Assembly: GCA_043719965.1 (NCBI GenBank)
Contig: JAYSTG010000188.1
Coordinates: 1 to 38,146 of the forward strand
DNA length: 38,146 nucleotides
Source: Saprospiraceae bacterium
Lineage (GTDB): Bacteria; Bacteroidota; Bacteroidia; Chitinophagales; Saprospiraceae
Direction of reading: 5' to 3'
Shown: positions 24,201 to 32,159 of the stretch, piece after piece
Layout: each line of letters begins with the position of its first letter
Numbering within the stretch: the stretch's first letter is position 1
Translations under genes and position numbers: made by a program
The notes under the pieces: model-generated
Told to the model about the DNA's origin: nothing
The model's input: only the letters and a program-made list of their open reading frames with translations
Databases searched by the model: none

Positions 24201-25724
24201 AATAGCCAATGGTGTATCCGTGCCCATAGAACCCAATGGATCACGCTCTTCTGCTACCATGGGCTGCAATATGACTTTGATATCCTCCTTAGTCATGCCG
24301 GCCCACTGCTGTCTTTCAAGTAGGGTAGGACCTGATGTAGAAACTAAATCAATTTTGTCGTCATGGGTTAAATCGGATATTTTTTTTCTTCTATTTGCCA
24401 ACCATTGTCCATAAGGTTTATTTTGACAGATGATCTTCTTTACCTCTTCATCGCCAATGATACGATGTTGATCGATGTCTGCAATGAGTATCCTGCCGGG
24501 TTGAAGCCTTCCCTTCATGATTATTTTTGAAGGATCAATGTCGACTACCCCTGCTTCAGAAGCAACGACCAGTTCATTGTCATCTGTCACACTATATCGA
24601 CTTGGTCGCAAGCCATTTCTGTCCAAGGTAGCTCCTACGACTATACCGTCACTAAAACACATGGAGGCTGGACCATCCCAGGGTTCCATCAGATTTTGAT
24701 GGTAGGCGTAAAAATCCTTTTTAGTTTGATCCATCTGATCGTCGTGTTCCCACGCTTCAGGAATCATCATCATCAGGGAGTGAGGCACAGATCGACCACT
24801 TTGCACGAGATATTCCAATACATTGTCAAAGCTTCCACTATCTGAAAGCCCTTGCCAAGGAATTGGCTTTAAAATTTCATTGTCCTGTTCTGAAAAAATA
24901 TCGGATTGCAAATGATCTTCTTTGGCTCGCCACCAGTTTAGGTTGCCCATGATGGTATTGATTTCCCCATTATGTGCAATATAACGGAAAGGTTGCGCCA
25001 ATTTCCATTTCGGAACAGTATTGGTAGAAAAACGGCTGTGGATGATGGCTATAGCCGAAGTAAAATGTTCTTGTCGTAAATCAGGGAAATATTGGCGCAG
25101 CTGATAGGTTGTCAATTGGCCTTTATAGATCACAGTTTTATAAGAAGATGATGCTATATAAAAAGAGTCTTCAACTTGTGGAATAAATTTGTATACAGAG
25201 TGAATAATATATTTTCTTAGGACATATAATTGTCTTTCTAATTCTTTAGGATCTAGTTTAGATTTTGGAGCTACAAACATCTGGATCATTCTAGGCTCAG
25301 TACGCAAAGCAGATTTTCCCAAAGAGATATTATTTACAGGCACATCTCTTTTGCCGAGGATCTGAAAATTGGATTGATGAATTAGCTCTTCGGTTTGAGT
25401 AATGGTCTTATTAAAAAGTTGAGTATCACTTGGCATAAAACACATTAATACACCGTATTCGCTAAACTCCGGAAGTTTAAAACCTAATTTGATAGCTTCT
25501 TCCTTAAAAAACAAATGAGGCATCTGGACTAGTATTCCGGCCCCATCACCTGTCTCTGGCTCACAACCACAGGCACCTCGATGCTCCATGTTTTCAAGCA
25601 TGGTCAGTGCCTTATCGATGACCTTATGTTGTTTGAAACCATTGAGATTGGCAAACAAGCCCACTCCACAAGAATCTTTTTCAAGTTCAGGAAGATATAA
25701 GCCATTTTGTTCGCTCTGACGCAT
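21225..25724 (-). CDS. gltB: glutamate synthase (NADPH/ferredoxin-type) large subunit
   Basis: 1499 aa. Ntn-amidotransferase Cys after a short propeptide (KDSC19GVG). FMN/3Fe-4S central domain (e.g. SGEGGED, ISGHDGGTGASP, CHLNTCPVGIATQD). C-terminal GXGXG beta-helix domain. Confidence 0.97.
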   Translation of the reverse strand: MRQSEQNGLYLPELEKDSCGVGLFANLNGFKQHKVIDKALTMLENMEHRGACGCEPETGDGAGILVQMPHLFFKEEAIKLGFKLPEFSEYGVLMCFMPSDTQLFNKTITQTEELIHQSNFQILGKRDVPVNNISLGKSALRTEPRMIQMFVAPKSKLDPKELERQLYVLRKYIIHSVYKFIPQVEDSFYIASSSYKTVIYKGQLTTYQLRQYFPDLRQEHFTSAIAIIHSRFSTNTVPKWKLAQPFRYIAHNGEINTIMGNLNWWRAKEDHLQSDIFSEQDNEILKPIPWQGLSDSGSFDNVLEYLVQSGRSVPHSLMMMIPEAWEHDDQMDQTKKDFYAYHQNLMEPWDGPASMCFSDGIVVGATLDRNGLRPSRYSVTDDNELVVASEAGVVDIDPSKIIMKGRLQPGRILIADIDQHRIIGDEEVKKIICQNKPYGQWLANRRKKISDLTHDDKIDLVSTSGPTLLERQQWAGMTKEDIKVILQPMVAEERDPLGSMGTDTPLAILSDKPQHLANYFKQLFAQVTNPPIDSLRERSVMAFTSRLGASGNILKADEDLAAFIYLEHPVLSHYDFAKIQTINHVDFKVGTLSTIYELSRPYSLESAINALCMQAEKLVASGHNILILSDTRITYGKAAIPSMMATGAIHHHLIQTALRSKTSLVIQAADIWESHHFAVLFGYGANAIHPYLAMESVWLTESPILPKEYKDQEKKFIKGLEKSLLKIMAKNGISTLQSYQGAQIFEAVGIGSAVIEKCFKGTASRIGGLDFEGIQREIKERYQIQPKQALRDGGIYQWKRDGEHHLFNPESIHLLQMSTQLNDYKIFKKYSSVIDRQDKQATTLRGLFKFKEGSAIPLEEVEPIENILKRFATGAMSFGSISYEAHTTLAIAMNRIGAKSNSGEGGEDQIRYERLPNGDYMRSAIKQVASGRFGATSYYLSEAEELQIKMAQGAKPGEGGELPGYKVNDWIGKVRHSTPGVGLISPPPHHDIYSIEDLAQLIFDLKNANRDARISVKLVSKAGVGIIASGVAKAHADVILISGHDGGTGASPLTSIRHAGLPWELGLAESHQTLLKNKLRDRVVLQSDGQIRTGKDLIVATLLGAEEWGIATAALVVEGCILMRKCHLNTCPVGIATQDPELRKKFHGKAEHVISFFTFLAKEMREIMATLGFRTINEMVGHTELLEWKPNQNWKTQYLDLNPILFQEPLESGVGTFKSVEQDHGIKDILDRSLIEHAKPALDHKKHITGIFNIKNTDRATGTMLSFEISKRYKDAGLPVGTIRYRFRGSAGQSFGAFAAKGLHFILEGESNDYLCKGLSGATIVVSPDRKNTFDPAKNIIVGNVALYGATSGEVYIKGMAGERFAVRNSGASAVVEGVGDHGCEYMTGGRVIVIGSIGKNFAAGMSGGIAYVRTTWEDIEKKCNKEMVELEMPSAADFEEIRALLRNHFTFTSSRTALEILENWDILKDDFVKVMPTDYKKVMEQKQKAEIELVTISK

Positions 25725-25931
25725 TAAAAAATTATTTGAATGAATGTATTATTATTGTGAAGAATATAGAATTATTGCTTATAAAACTACTCGATCAATA
25801 TAAAGGAGTGAAAAGATACCATCAATTAGTGGTATTGGGTTCGTTAATAAATAGAAATGTTTGTCCTAAACAAATGATTAGTCAAATTGTAGTATATTGT
25901 TAATCAGTATTTTAAAATTGAATAATTTGTT

Positions 25932-27482
25932 ATGCCAATCGCAAAATCAGATCATCTAATAGAGCTCATTCGTTCACTTACCAAGGCTGAAAAGCGTCAT
26001 TTTAAGTTGTTTAGCAGTCGACTTCAGCGGCAAGAGGGTACTCAATTCATTAAATTATTTGATATATTGGAGAAAATCAAGGAAATCGATGATGACCTTA
26101 TCCGAAAAAAGTTAGGCAACATTGCCGGGGTCAAATATGCCAATCTTAAACGCAACTTGTACTCTAATGTTTTGACCAGTTTACGACTAGTACACGCTAG
26201 TAAAAAGGTAGACTTAGAAATCCGAGAACAAATCGATTATTCACGCATTTTATATGGAAAAGGTCTGTACCTACAAAGTTTGAGATTGTTAGAAAGAATT
26301 AAAGCGGTGGCTTCTAACCACAATCAGGAAATCTTGCTCTTGGAAATCATTGAATTTGAAAAACTGATAGAATCACGCCATATCACTCGCTCCCATAAAG
26401 ACAGAACCAATCAACTTTCTGAAGAGTCTGGCAGGTTGACTGAAATAATATCTAACGCAGTGAAATTATCCAATCTCAAACTTCTGATGTATGGAAAATA
26501 TGTGCAGATGGGACATGTGCGTAGTGTAAAAGATGAGAAGATTATACAACAGTTTTTTAAAGCCAATTTGCCCAAAACTCCACCGACACGGCTCAATACC
26601 ATCGATCTTATCAGCTATCATCAATGTCAGGTCTGGTATTATTTCATCCTACTAGACTTCAATCAATGTCTAGAACATGCCACGAAGTGGAAAGAGCTGT
26701 TTGAAGCCAAATTGTTTTTAATTGATCGGGATCCGGATTCTTATATGCATGCTATGCATTATGTGCTCACCTGCAGCTACAATTTGAAGCAGTATAGTGT
26801 GTTCTTAAAAACTTTACGAGATCTGGAAAAATATCGGGAGATCAATTACAATCGATTCAATGAAAATTCGAAGATTCTATCTTTTGTATATGTCCATACT
26901 TCAAGGTTTCATATGTATTTTCTAGAAGGGCGATTCAAAGAAGGCATGGAGATCGTGCCTAAAACCTTAAAACGATTGGAAAAGTATTCTGAGAAATTGG
27001 ATGAGCATAGAGTGCTGGTGTTTTATTTTAAAATTGCATGGATGTATATAGGTGTAGGCGATCATAGATCAGCCAGCACCTTCCTTGATAAAATTATCGA
27101 TCTCAAATCGATAGCATTGAGGGAAGACCTCCAGGGCTATGCCCGATTACTTAATCTTGTCGCACATTATGAAATGGGCAACAAAGGATTGCTATCTTAT
27201 CTCGTTAGGTCTAGCAATTATTTTTTAAAGAAAATGCATGATTTGAATAAAGTACAAAAAGCAATCCTTCATTTTTTTAACCGATTAATGAATGCAGATA
27301 GTGCTAAGGAAAAAGAGTTGTTCCATGCATTTTTGCCAGAATTGCAGGCGCTCAGTAGGGATCATTATGAGCAACAGGCATTCATCTATTTTGATATTAT
27401 CAGTTGGGTTAAAAGTAAAGTGCATGGAATTCCTTTGTCTCAAGTGATAGCACAATCTTTTCAAGAGATCAAAAACAAATAA
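25932..27482 (+). CDS. uncharacterised all-helical (TPR-like) protein, 516 aa
   Basis: Long uninterrupted ORF with helical-repeat character and no signal peptide or TM helix. No catalytic or DNA-binding motif was recognised. Its stop is 7 nt before the permease start. Confidence 0.6.
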   Translation: MPIAKSDHLIELIRSLTKAEKRHFKLFSSRLQRQEGTQFIKLFDILEKIKEIDDDLIRKKLGNIAGVKYANLKRNLYSNVLTSLRLVHASKKVDLEIREQIDYSRILYGKGLYLQSLRLLERIKAVASNHNQEILLLEIIEFEKLIESRHITRSHKDRTNQLSEESGRLTEIISNAVKLSNLKLLMYGKYVQMGHVRSVKDEKIIQQFFKANLPKTPPTRLNTIDLISYHQCQVWYYFILLDFNQCLEHATKWKELFEAKLFLIDRDPDSYMHAMHYVLTCSYNLKQYSVFLKTLRDLEKYREINYNRFNENSKILSFVYVHTSRFHMYFLEGRFKEGMEIVPKTLKRLEKYSEKLDEHRVLVFYFKIAWMYIGVGDHRSASTFLDKIIDLKSIALREDLQGYARLLNLVAHYEMGNKGLLSYLVRSSNYFLKKMHDLNKVQKAILHFFNRLMNADSAKEKELFHAFLPELQALSRDHYEQQAFIYFDIISWVKSKVHGIPLSQVIAQSFQEIKNK

Positions 27483-27489
27483 ATCATAC

Positions 27490-28908
27490 ATGGAAAACCA
27501 AAAAGCAACCTTGCAGCGGTCATTAGGATTGTTGTCTTGTGTAGTGTTAGTCATTAGTGCCATCATTGGATCAGGAGTATTTAAAAAAGTAGCTCCGATG
27601 TCAGAATCCTTGCAAATGCCATCGTACGTGTTATTAGCTTGGGTACTAGCGGGTACAATTAGTCTGTTTGGCGCTTTGAGCAATGCCGAGATCGCCGGTA
27701 TGTTTGCGGACAGTGGCGGGGAATATGCTTATTTCAAAAAAATATATAACCCGTTTTTTGCTTTTTTATATGGGTGGGGTTGTTTTACCGCTATACGATC
27801 AGCGTCTATAGCTTCGATAGCTTATGTATTCGCAGAATCATTAAATCATTTGATTAAATTGCCTTCTATCGGAAATGCTGATTTTACGTGGATAGGATTA
27901 CATGTATTGGACAATCTCACTGTAAAATTTATTGCTGCTGCATTGATTATAAGCTTGACATTCATCAACTTTAAAGGGTTAAAATTAGGTGAAAACGTGT
28001 CGAGGACTTTGACTTTTACTCTGCTGGCATGTTTGATATTTTTAATTGTTACTGGATTATTTAGCGCTCATGGTTCTTGGGCCAATGTGACGGCATCATC
28101 ATCGTCTTTTATTCCACAATCTTTTTTTTCAGGAGGATTCCTGGCCTTGCTTTTCACTGCAATGTTAGGCGCTTTCTGGGCATATGAAGGCTGGAATAAT
28201 ATCGGATATATAGGAGGAGAAATAAAGAATCCACAACGTAATATTCCTTTGTCCTTATTGATCGGAACTCTTGTGGTCATAGGCATTTATCTTTCTATTA
28301 ACCTGGTCTATCATTATATTTCACCGATTGATGATATCATCGCTCGTAAAGTTACAGGATCTGGAATAGCAGCAGTGGATATCGTAGGTATTTATCTGGG
28401 TAAGGCAGGTGGATTATTTGTTTCTTGCCTGATCCTGGTGACTACATTAAATGCAACCAATGCAACTATTCTAATGGCATCGAGGATCTACTATGCCATG
28501 GCCAAAGATGGCCTGTTTTTTAATAATGCTGATTTTGTTCATCCTATTCACAAGACACCTTCGTATTCATTATGGATGCAATGTTTTTGGTCAGTGATTT
28601 TATTGTTTTCCGGTAGCTTTGACCAATTGACAGATATGTTAATTTTTGCTTCTTTTTTATTTTATGGAGCTACTGCACTGGGTGTATTTATTATGCGTAA
28701 GAAAGCGCCTGAATTAAACAGACCCTATAAAGTAATAGGATATCCTTTCGTGCCGGCCATTTTTGTACTTTTTTGTTTAGGCTTATTCATATATACTCCA
28801 TCTCAAAGACCGATGGAGGCCTTGATCGGTATAGGGCTCATATTAACCGGAGTCCCATTTTATTATTGGTGGAAGAAAAAGAATAATTTGACAACTGATA
28901 AAACATAG
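27490..28908 (+). CDS. APC-superfamily amino-acid permease (~12 TM)
   Basis: VISAIIGSGVFKK, AEIAGMFADSGGEYAY and WAYEGWNN are typical APC/LAT-type motifs. The protein is hydrophobic throughout. Confidence 0.85.
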   Translation: MENQKATLQRSLGLLSCVVLVISAIIGSGVFKKVAPMSESLQMPSYVLLAWVLAGTISLFGALSNAEIAGMFADSGGEYAYFKKIYNPFFAFLYGWGCFTAIRSASIASIAYVFAESLNHLIKLPSIGNADFTWIGLHVLDNLTVKFIAAALIISLTFINFKGLKLGENVSRTLTFTLLACLIFLIVTGLFSAHGSWANVTASSSSFIPQSFFSGGFLALLFTAMLGAFWAYEGWNNIGYIGGEIKNPQRNIPLSLLIGTLVVIGIYLSINLVYHYISPIDDIIARKVTGSGIAAVDIVGIYLGKAGGLFVSCLILVTTLNATNATILMASRIYYAMAKDGLFFNNADFVHPIHKTPSYSLWMQCFWSVILLFSGSFDQLTDMLIFASFLFYGATALGVFIMRKKAPELNRPYKVIGYPFVPAIFVLFCLGLFIYTPSQRPMEALIGIGLILTGVPFYYWWKKKNNLTTDKT

Positions 28909-28910
28909 TA

Positions 28911-29705
28911 ATGAAAAAAATAGCGATTATAGGGGGTGGCAATCTCGGTACTGCCATAGCAGAAGGCTTACTGGCCAGTGAATTCATCAAAGCTAAAGAC
29001 CTAATCATCACCCGACGAAACCCAAACGCTTTGCAGTCCATGAAAGATCAAGGGGTGTCCGTTATCACCGATAATGCCCAAGCGATTAAAAATTCTGAAG
29101 TAATTATTTTGGCTTTAAAGCCTTATCAATTATTATCAGTGCTTAAATCTGTTGATAAATCTTTTAATCCTAATAAACATCTATTGATCTCTGTAGTCAC
29201 AGGCGTGGAGATCAAATCAATGCGTGAAGTGATTAAAAAGAAAGTCTCTATCGTCCGGGCAATGCCTAATACCGCAATAGCTATCCGGGAAAGTATGACT
29301 TGCATTTGCGGTGATGGAACCACATCAGAGCAAATAAAATTCACTAAAGACTTATTTGAGAAATTGGGTAAAGTGGTCATTATCGATGAGGCCTTAATGG
29401 AGGCAGCGACTGCTTTGGGAGCATGTGGAACGGCATATGCTATGCGATATATTCGTGCTAATATTCAGGCTGGGATTGAAATTGGATTTAGTTCAGTAGT
29501 TGCAAGTTTGATAGCCGAACAAACTGTGAAGGGAGCTGCAGAATTATTATTGACCAGGGATACTCACCCAGAAGCGGAGATTGATAAAGTGACGACTCCT
29601 AAAGGATGCACCATAGCAGGCTTGAATGAAATGGAGCATCAAGGCTTTAGTTCCTCATTGATACGAGGAGTGGTAGCAAGCTACAAGGCCATAGCTAAAA
29701 ATTGA
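28911..29705 (+). CDS. proC: pyrroline-5-carboxylate reductase
   Basis: IAIIGGGNLGTAIAEGL Rossmann motif, RAMPNTAIAIRESMT, and TTPKGCTIAGLNEME in the dimerisation domain. It starts 2 nt after the permease stop. Confidence 0.9.
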   Translation: MKKIAIIGGGNLGTAIAEGLLASEFIKAKDLIITRRNPNALQSMKDQGVSVITDNAQAIKNSEVIILALKPYQLLSVLKSVDKSFNPNKHLLISVVTGVEIKSMREVIKKKVSIVRAMPNTAIAIRESMTCICGDGTTSEQIKFTKDLFEKLGKVVIIDEALMEAATALGACGTAYAMRYIRANIQAGIEIGFSSVVASLIAEQTVKGAAELLLTRDTHPEAEIDKVTTPKGCTIAGLNEMEHQGFSSSLIRGVVASYKAIAKN

Positions 29706-29742
29706 AATGTGCCAAAATGGTAGAAGAGAATTGAATACGCTT

Positions 29743-31497
29743 TCACCCGATATTTAACTTACTTTTTTTGTAACCATATAGAAAGTAGATAACGATACCT
29801 ACTGCAAACCAAATAAAAAACCAAATCCAATTGGAGCCAGACATACCAGTCAGGAGATATAAACAAGACACCATACCCAACAAGGGAATGAGTGAAAAGT
29901 TTTTTATAAAACTGTAAATACACAAAATCAAACACAGCAACCAAAATACTATGGTTGCAATTTTGATAGCAGAAGTCTGGAAATTATAATCACTGGCATC
30001 CGGGGCACTGCTATGATTGATGAAATCTCCATTAAAGAGTTCTCTAAAATAGGATCCATTCCTCCAACTTAATAAACAGATGATGCCGATCATCATTGCG
30101 CTAAAAATCCATTTACTATTGATATAGGGCAAATGAAATCTACCAGCTATTTTTTCTTTAGCAGGTAGTAACAAAACTCCACCACAGACCAGCACAAAAG
30201 CAAACAAAGTCCCAATACTCGTAAAATCCAGAACAAATGTTTTGTCAGTAAAAAATATAGGGATTCCTACGACCAGCCCTGTCACTATAGTTGCAAAAGA
30301 TGGAGTACGATATATAGGGTGAATTTTTTGAAATGCAGGCGGTAACAATCCATCACGACTCATACTCATCCAGATTCTGGGTTGACCCATTTGGAATACC
30401 AAAAGCACACTTGTCATGGCTATGACAGCACAAAATGCGACTAAAATCACCATCCAGCTTATATCTAAGTTAGATTCTTCAAATATGAAAGCTAATGGGT
30501 CGCCGATACCCTCAAATTTGGAATACACAACCGCCCCAGTGAGAATAAAACTTAAAATAATGTATACTATAGTGCAAATGATGAGTGACCATATCATTCC
30601 TTTAGGCAAGTCTTTTTGAGGGTTTTTACTTTCTTCAGCCAATACACTCACAGCATCAAATCCTATATATGCAAAAAACACTCCGCTCACAGCAGCCATC
30701 ACTCCTCCAAATCCATTGGGCATAAAGGATCGCACACCTGTCGGATTAGTTGGCAACCAATTATGAAATAAATCACGAGAAAAAATAAGAGCTCCACCAA
30801 CCAATATGACTAAGGCAACTACAGCTAGCTTTAATATCACCATTGCATTACTAAAATTTCTACTTTCCTTTACTCCGCGATAAACCAAATAGGTTATAGC
30901 AATATTGATCAAAAAAGCAGGCAGATCCATAATCAAGCGTACACTTCCGATCAATGGTGCAGTGTTCCAAGCCGCAACAAGGTCCGACACTGTACTACCC
31001 GCCAACATTGCTTTTGATGCTTCCTTATAGCTGCAAGTGAGATATGCAGGTATATGAACATTAAGTTTTTCCATCAACGTAGAGAAATAATCACTCCACG
31101 AAAAAGATACATAAATATTGCCTATAGAATATTCCATCAATAAAGCCCAACCAATGATCCAAGCCATCAACTCACCTAACGATGCATATGCATAAGTATA
31201 AGCGCTTCCGGCGACCGGGACACGACTTGCAAACTCTGCATAACAAAAGGCTGTAAATCCACAGGCGATACCACAGATGACAAATAAGATGGCAACTCCA
31301 GGTCCACCGGAAAACACAGCGCCTCCAAGACTACTAAAACTGCCTGCTCCAATGATGGCTGCAATCCCAAAAAAAGTAAGATCCCTTGCAGTCAATATTT
31401 TTTTTAATCCGGTACCTTGGTGTTCAGCTTCTTGCTGAGAGGCGGCAGTAGATAATATAGAATCAATCGATTTTTTGCGAAAAAGAGACTTTAACAT
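29743..31497 (-). CDS. APC-superfamily amino-acid permease, CAT (cationic amino-acid transporter)-like with extra C-terminal TM helices
   Basis: LTFFGIAAIIGAGSF, AEFASRVPVAGSAYTYAY and FFAYIGFDAVS are motifs of the CAT/YhdG subgroup. 584 aa with roughly 14 hydrophobic segments. Confidence 0.85.
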   Translation of the reverse strand: MLKSLFRKKSIDSILSTAASQQEAEHQGTGLKKILTARDLTFFGIAAIIGAGSFSSLGGAVFSGGPGVAILFVICGIACGFTAFCYAEFASRVPVAGSAYTYAYASLGELMAWIIGWALLMEYSIGNIYVSFSWSDYFSTLMEKLNVHIPAYLTCSYKEASKAMLAGSTVSDLVAAWNTAPLIGSVRLIMDLPAFLINIAITYLVYRGVKESRNFSNAMVILKLAVVALVILVGGALIFSRDLFHNWLPTNPTGVRSFMPNGFGGVMAAVSGVFFAYIGFDAVSVLAEESKNPQKDLPKGMIWSLIICTIVYIILSFILTGAVVYSKFEGIGDPLAFIFEESNLDISWMVILVAFCAVIAMTSVLLVFQMGQPRIWMSMSRDGLLPPAFQKIHPIYRTPSFATIVTGLVVGIPIFFTDKTFVLDFTSIGTLFAFVLVCGGVLLLPAKEKIAGRFHLPYINSKWIFSAMMIGIICLLSWRNGSYFRELFNGDFINHSSAPDASDYNFQTSAIKIATIVFWLLCLILCIYSFIKNFSLIPLLGMVSCLYLLTGMSGSNWIWFFIWFAVGIVIYFLYGYKKSKLNIG

Positions 31498-31608
31498 CAG
31501 TAAGTTGGTTTATCAAATTTTTAGACAGTTAAACCTACTGAATAATTTTGATTTTTCAACCAAGATGCTATCGGGACTATAAATATTATTGCAGTATTGA
31601 ATGATTGA

Positions 31609-32124
31609 CTATCTGCTCCAGGGAGGCGCTACGCCAATAGACCTGGCATAAGCTATTTGCTGGCCTTTATGTTCCCCAGAGTGATCGATCAACAGATACA
31701 GAGCTGCATGCTTAGTCATCTCTGCAAATGGAAATTTGACTTTTTCCTTTAATTGATTGTCTTTTATCGATAATAAATGATTAAAAACAAATTGGAAGGA
31801 GGTGTGTACTGTTTCTATGATTTTTTCCTTCCCTTTGATACTTTCCATGGCCATAAGATCAATCTCCGAAGGCGGAGCAATACCTAAGTTCATCATGATA
31901 AAGTAATTAGATGCAGCAATATGTAAAAAGACTGATCCTACATCTCTTACTCCTTGTGCTGGACGCCAATGGTATTGATCTTCAGGGATCTCTTTGGCTA
32001 GGTTGATGATAGCAGCTTCGTTCTGTATCAAAAATCGAATTGCCTCTTTTTGAGCAGCTTGTTTTTGTGCGAAAGCAAAAACTAGAGTAATTGAACAAAT
32101 CAAAGACAGGAAAAACTTAGACAT
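31609..32124 (-). CDS. DinB-family (four-helix-bundle metalloprotein) protein with signal peptide
   Basis: Spaced His residues in FLHIAASNYF and IDHSGEHKGQ are typical of DinB/DinB_2. The N-terminus is hydrophobic (MSKFFLSLICSITLVFAFA). Confidence 0.7.
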   Translation of the reverse strand: MSKFFLSLICSITLVFAFAQKQAAQKEAIRFLIQNEAAIINLAKEIPEDQYHWRPAQGVRDVGSVFLHIAASNYFIMMNLGIAPPSEIDLMAMESIKGKEKIIETVHTSFQFVFNHLLSIKDNQLKEKVKFPFAEMTKHAALYLLIDHSGEHKGQQIAYARSIGVAPPWSR

Positions 32125-32159
32125 AGATGAAAATTAAAAATTAAGCTGTAAAGATAATG

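Noticed and set aside
25670-25724. Possible frameshift near the 5' end of gltB. Counting the T-run around 25677-25681 by eye put the ATG one base out of register with the rest of the ORF.
   Set aside because: The computed ORF track shows a single intact 1499-aa frame from 25724. Coordinates on both sides (24517 and 25932) agree with the track. I attribute the discrepancy to my manual reading of a homopolymer, not to a real frameshift.
25859-25873. Inverted repeat TTTGT-N5-ACAAA in the gltB / 516-aa gene divergent region, considered as a regulator binding site.
   Set aside because: The arms are only 5 bp in very AT-rich DNA, so this is expected by chance. It matches no operator consensus I can name.
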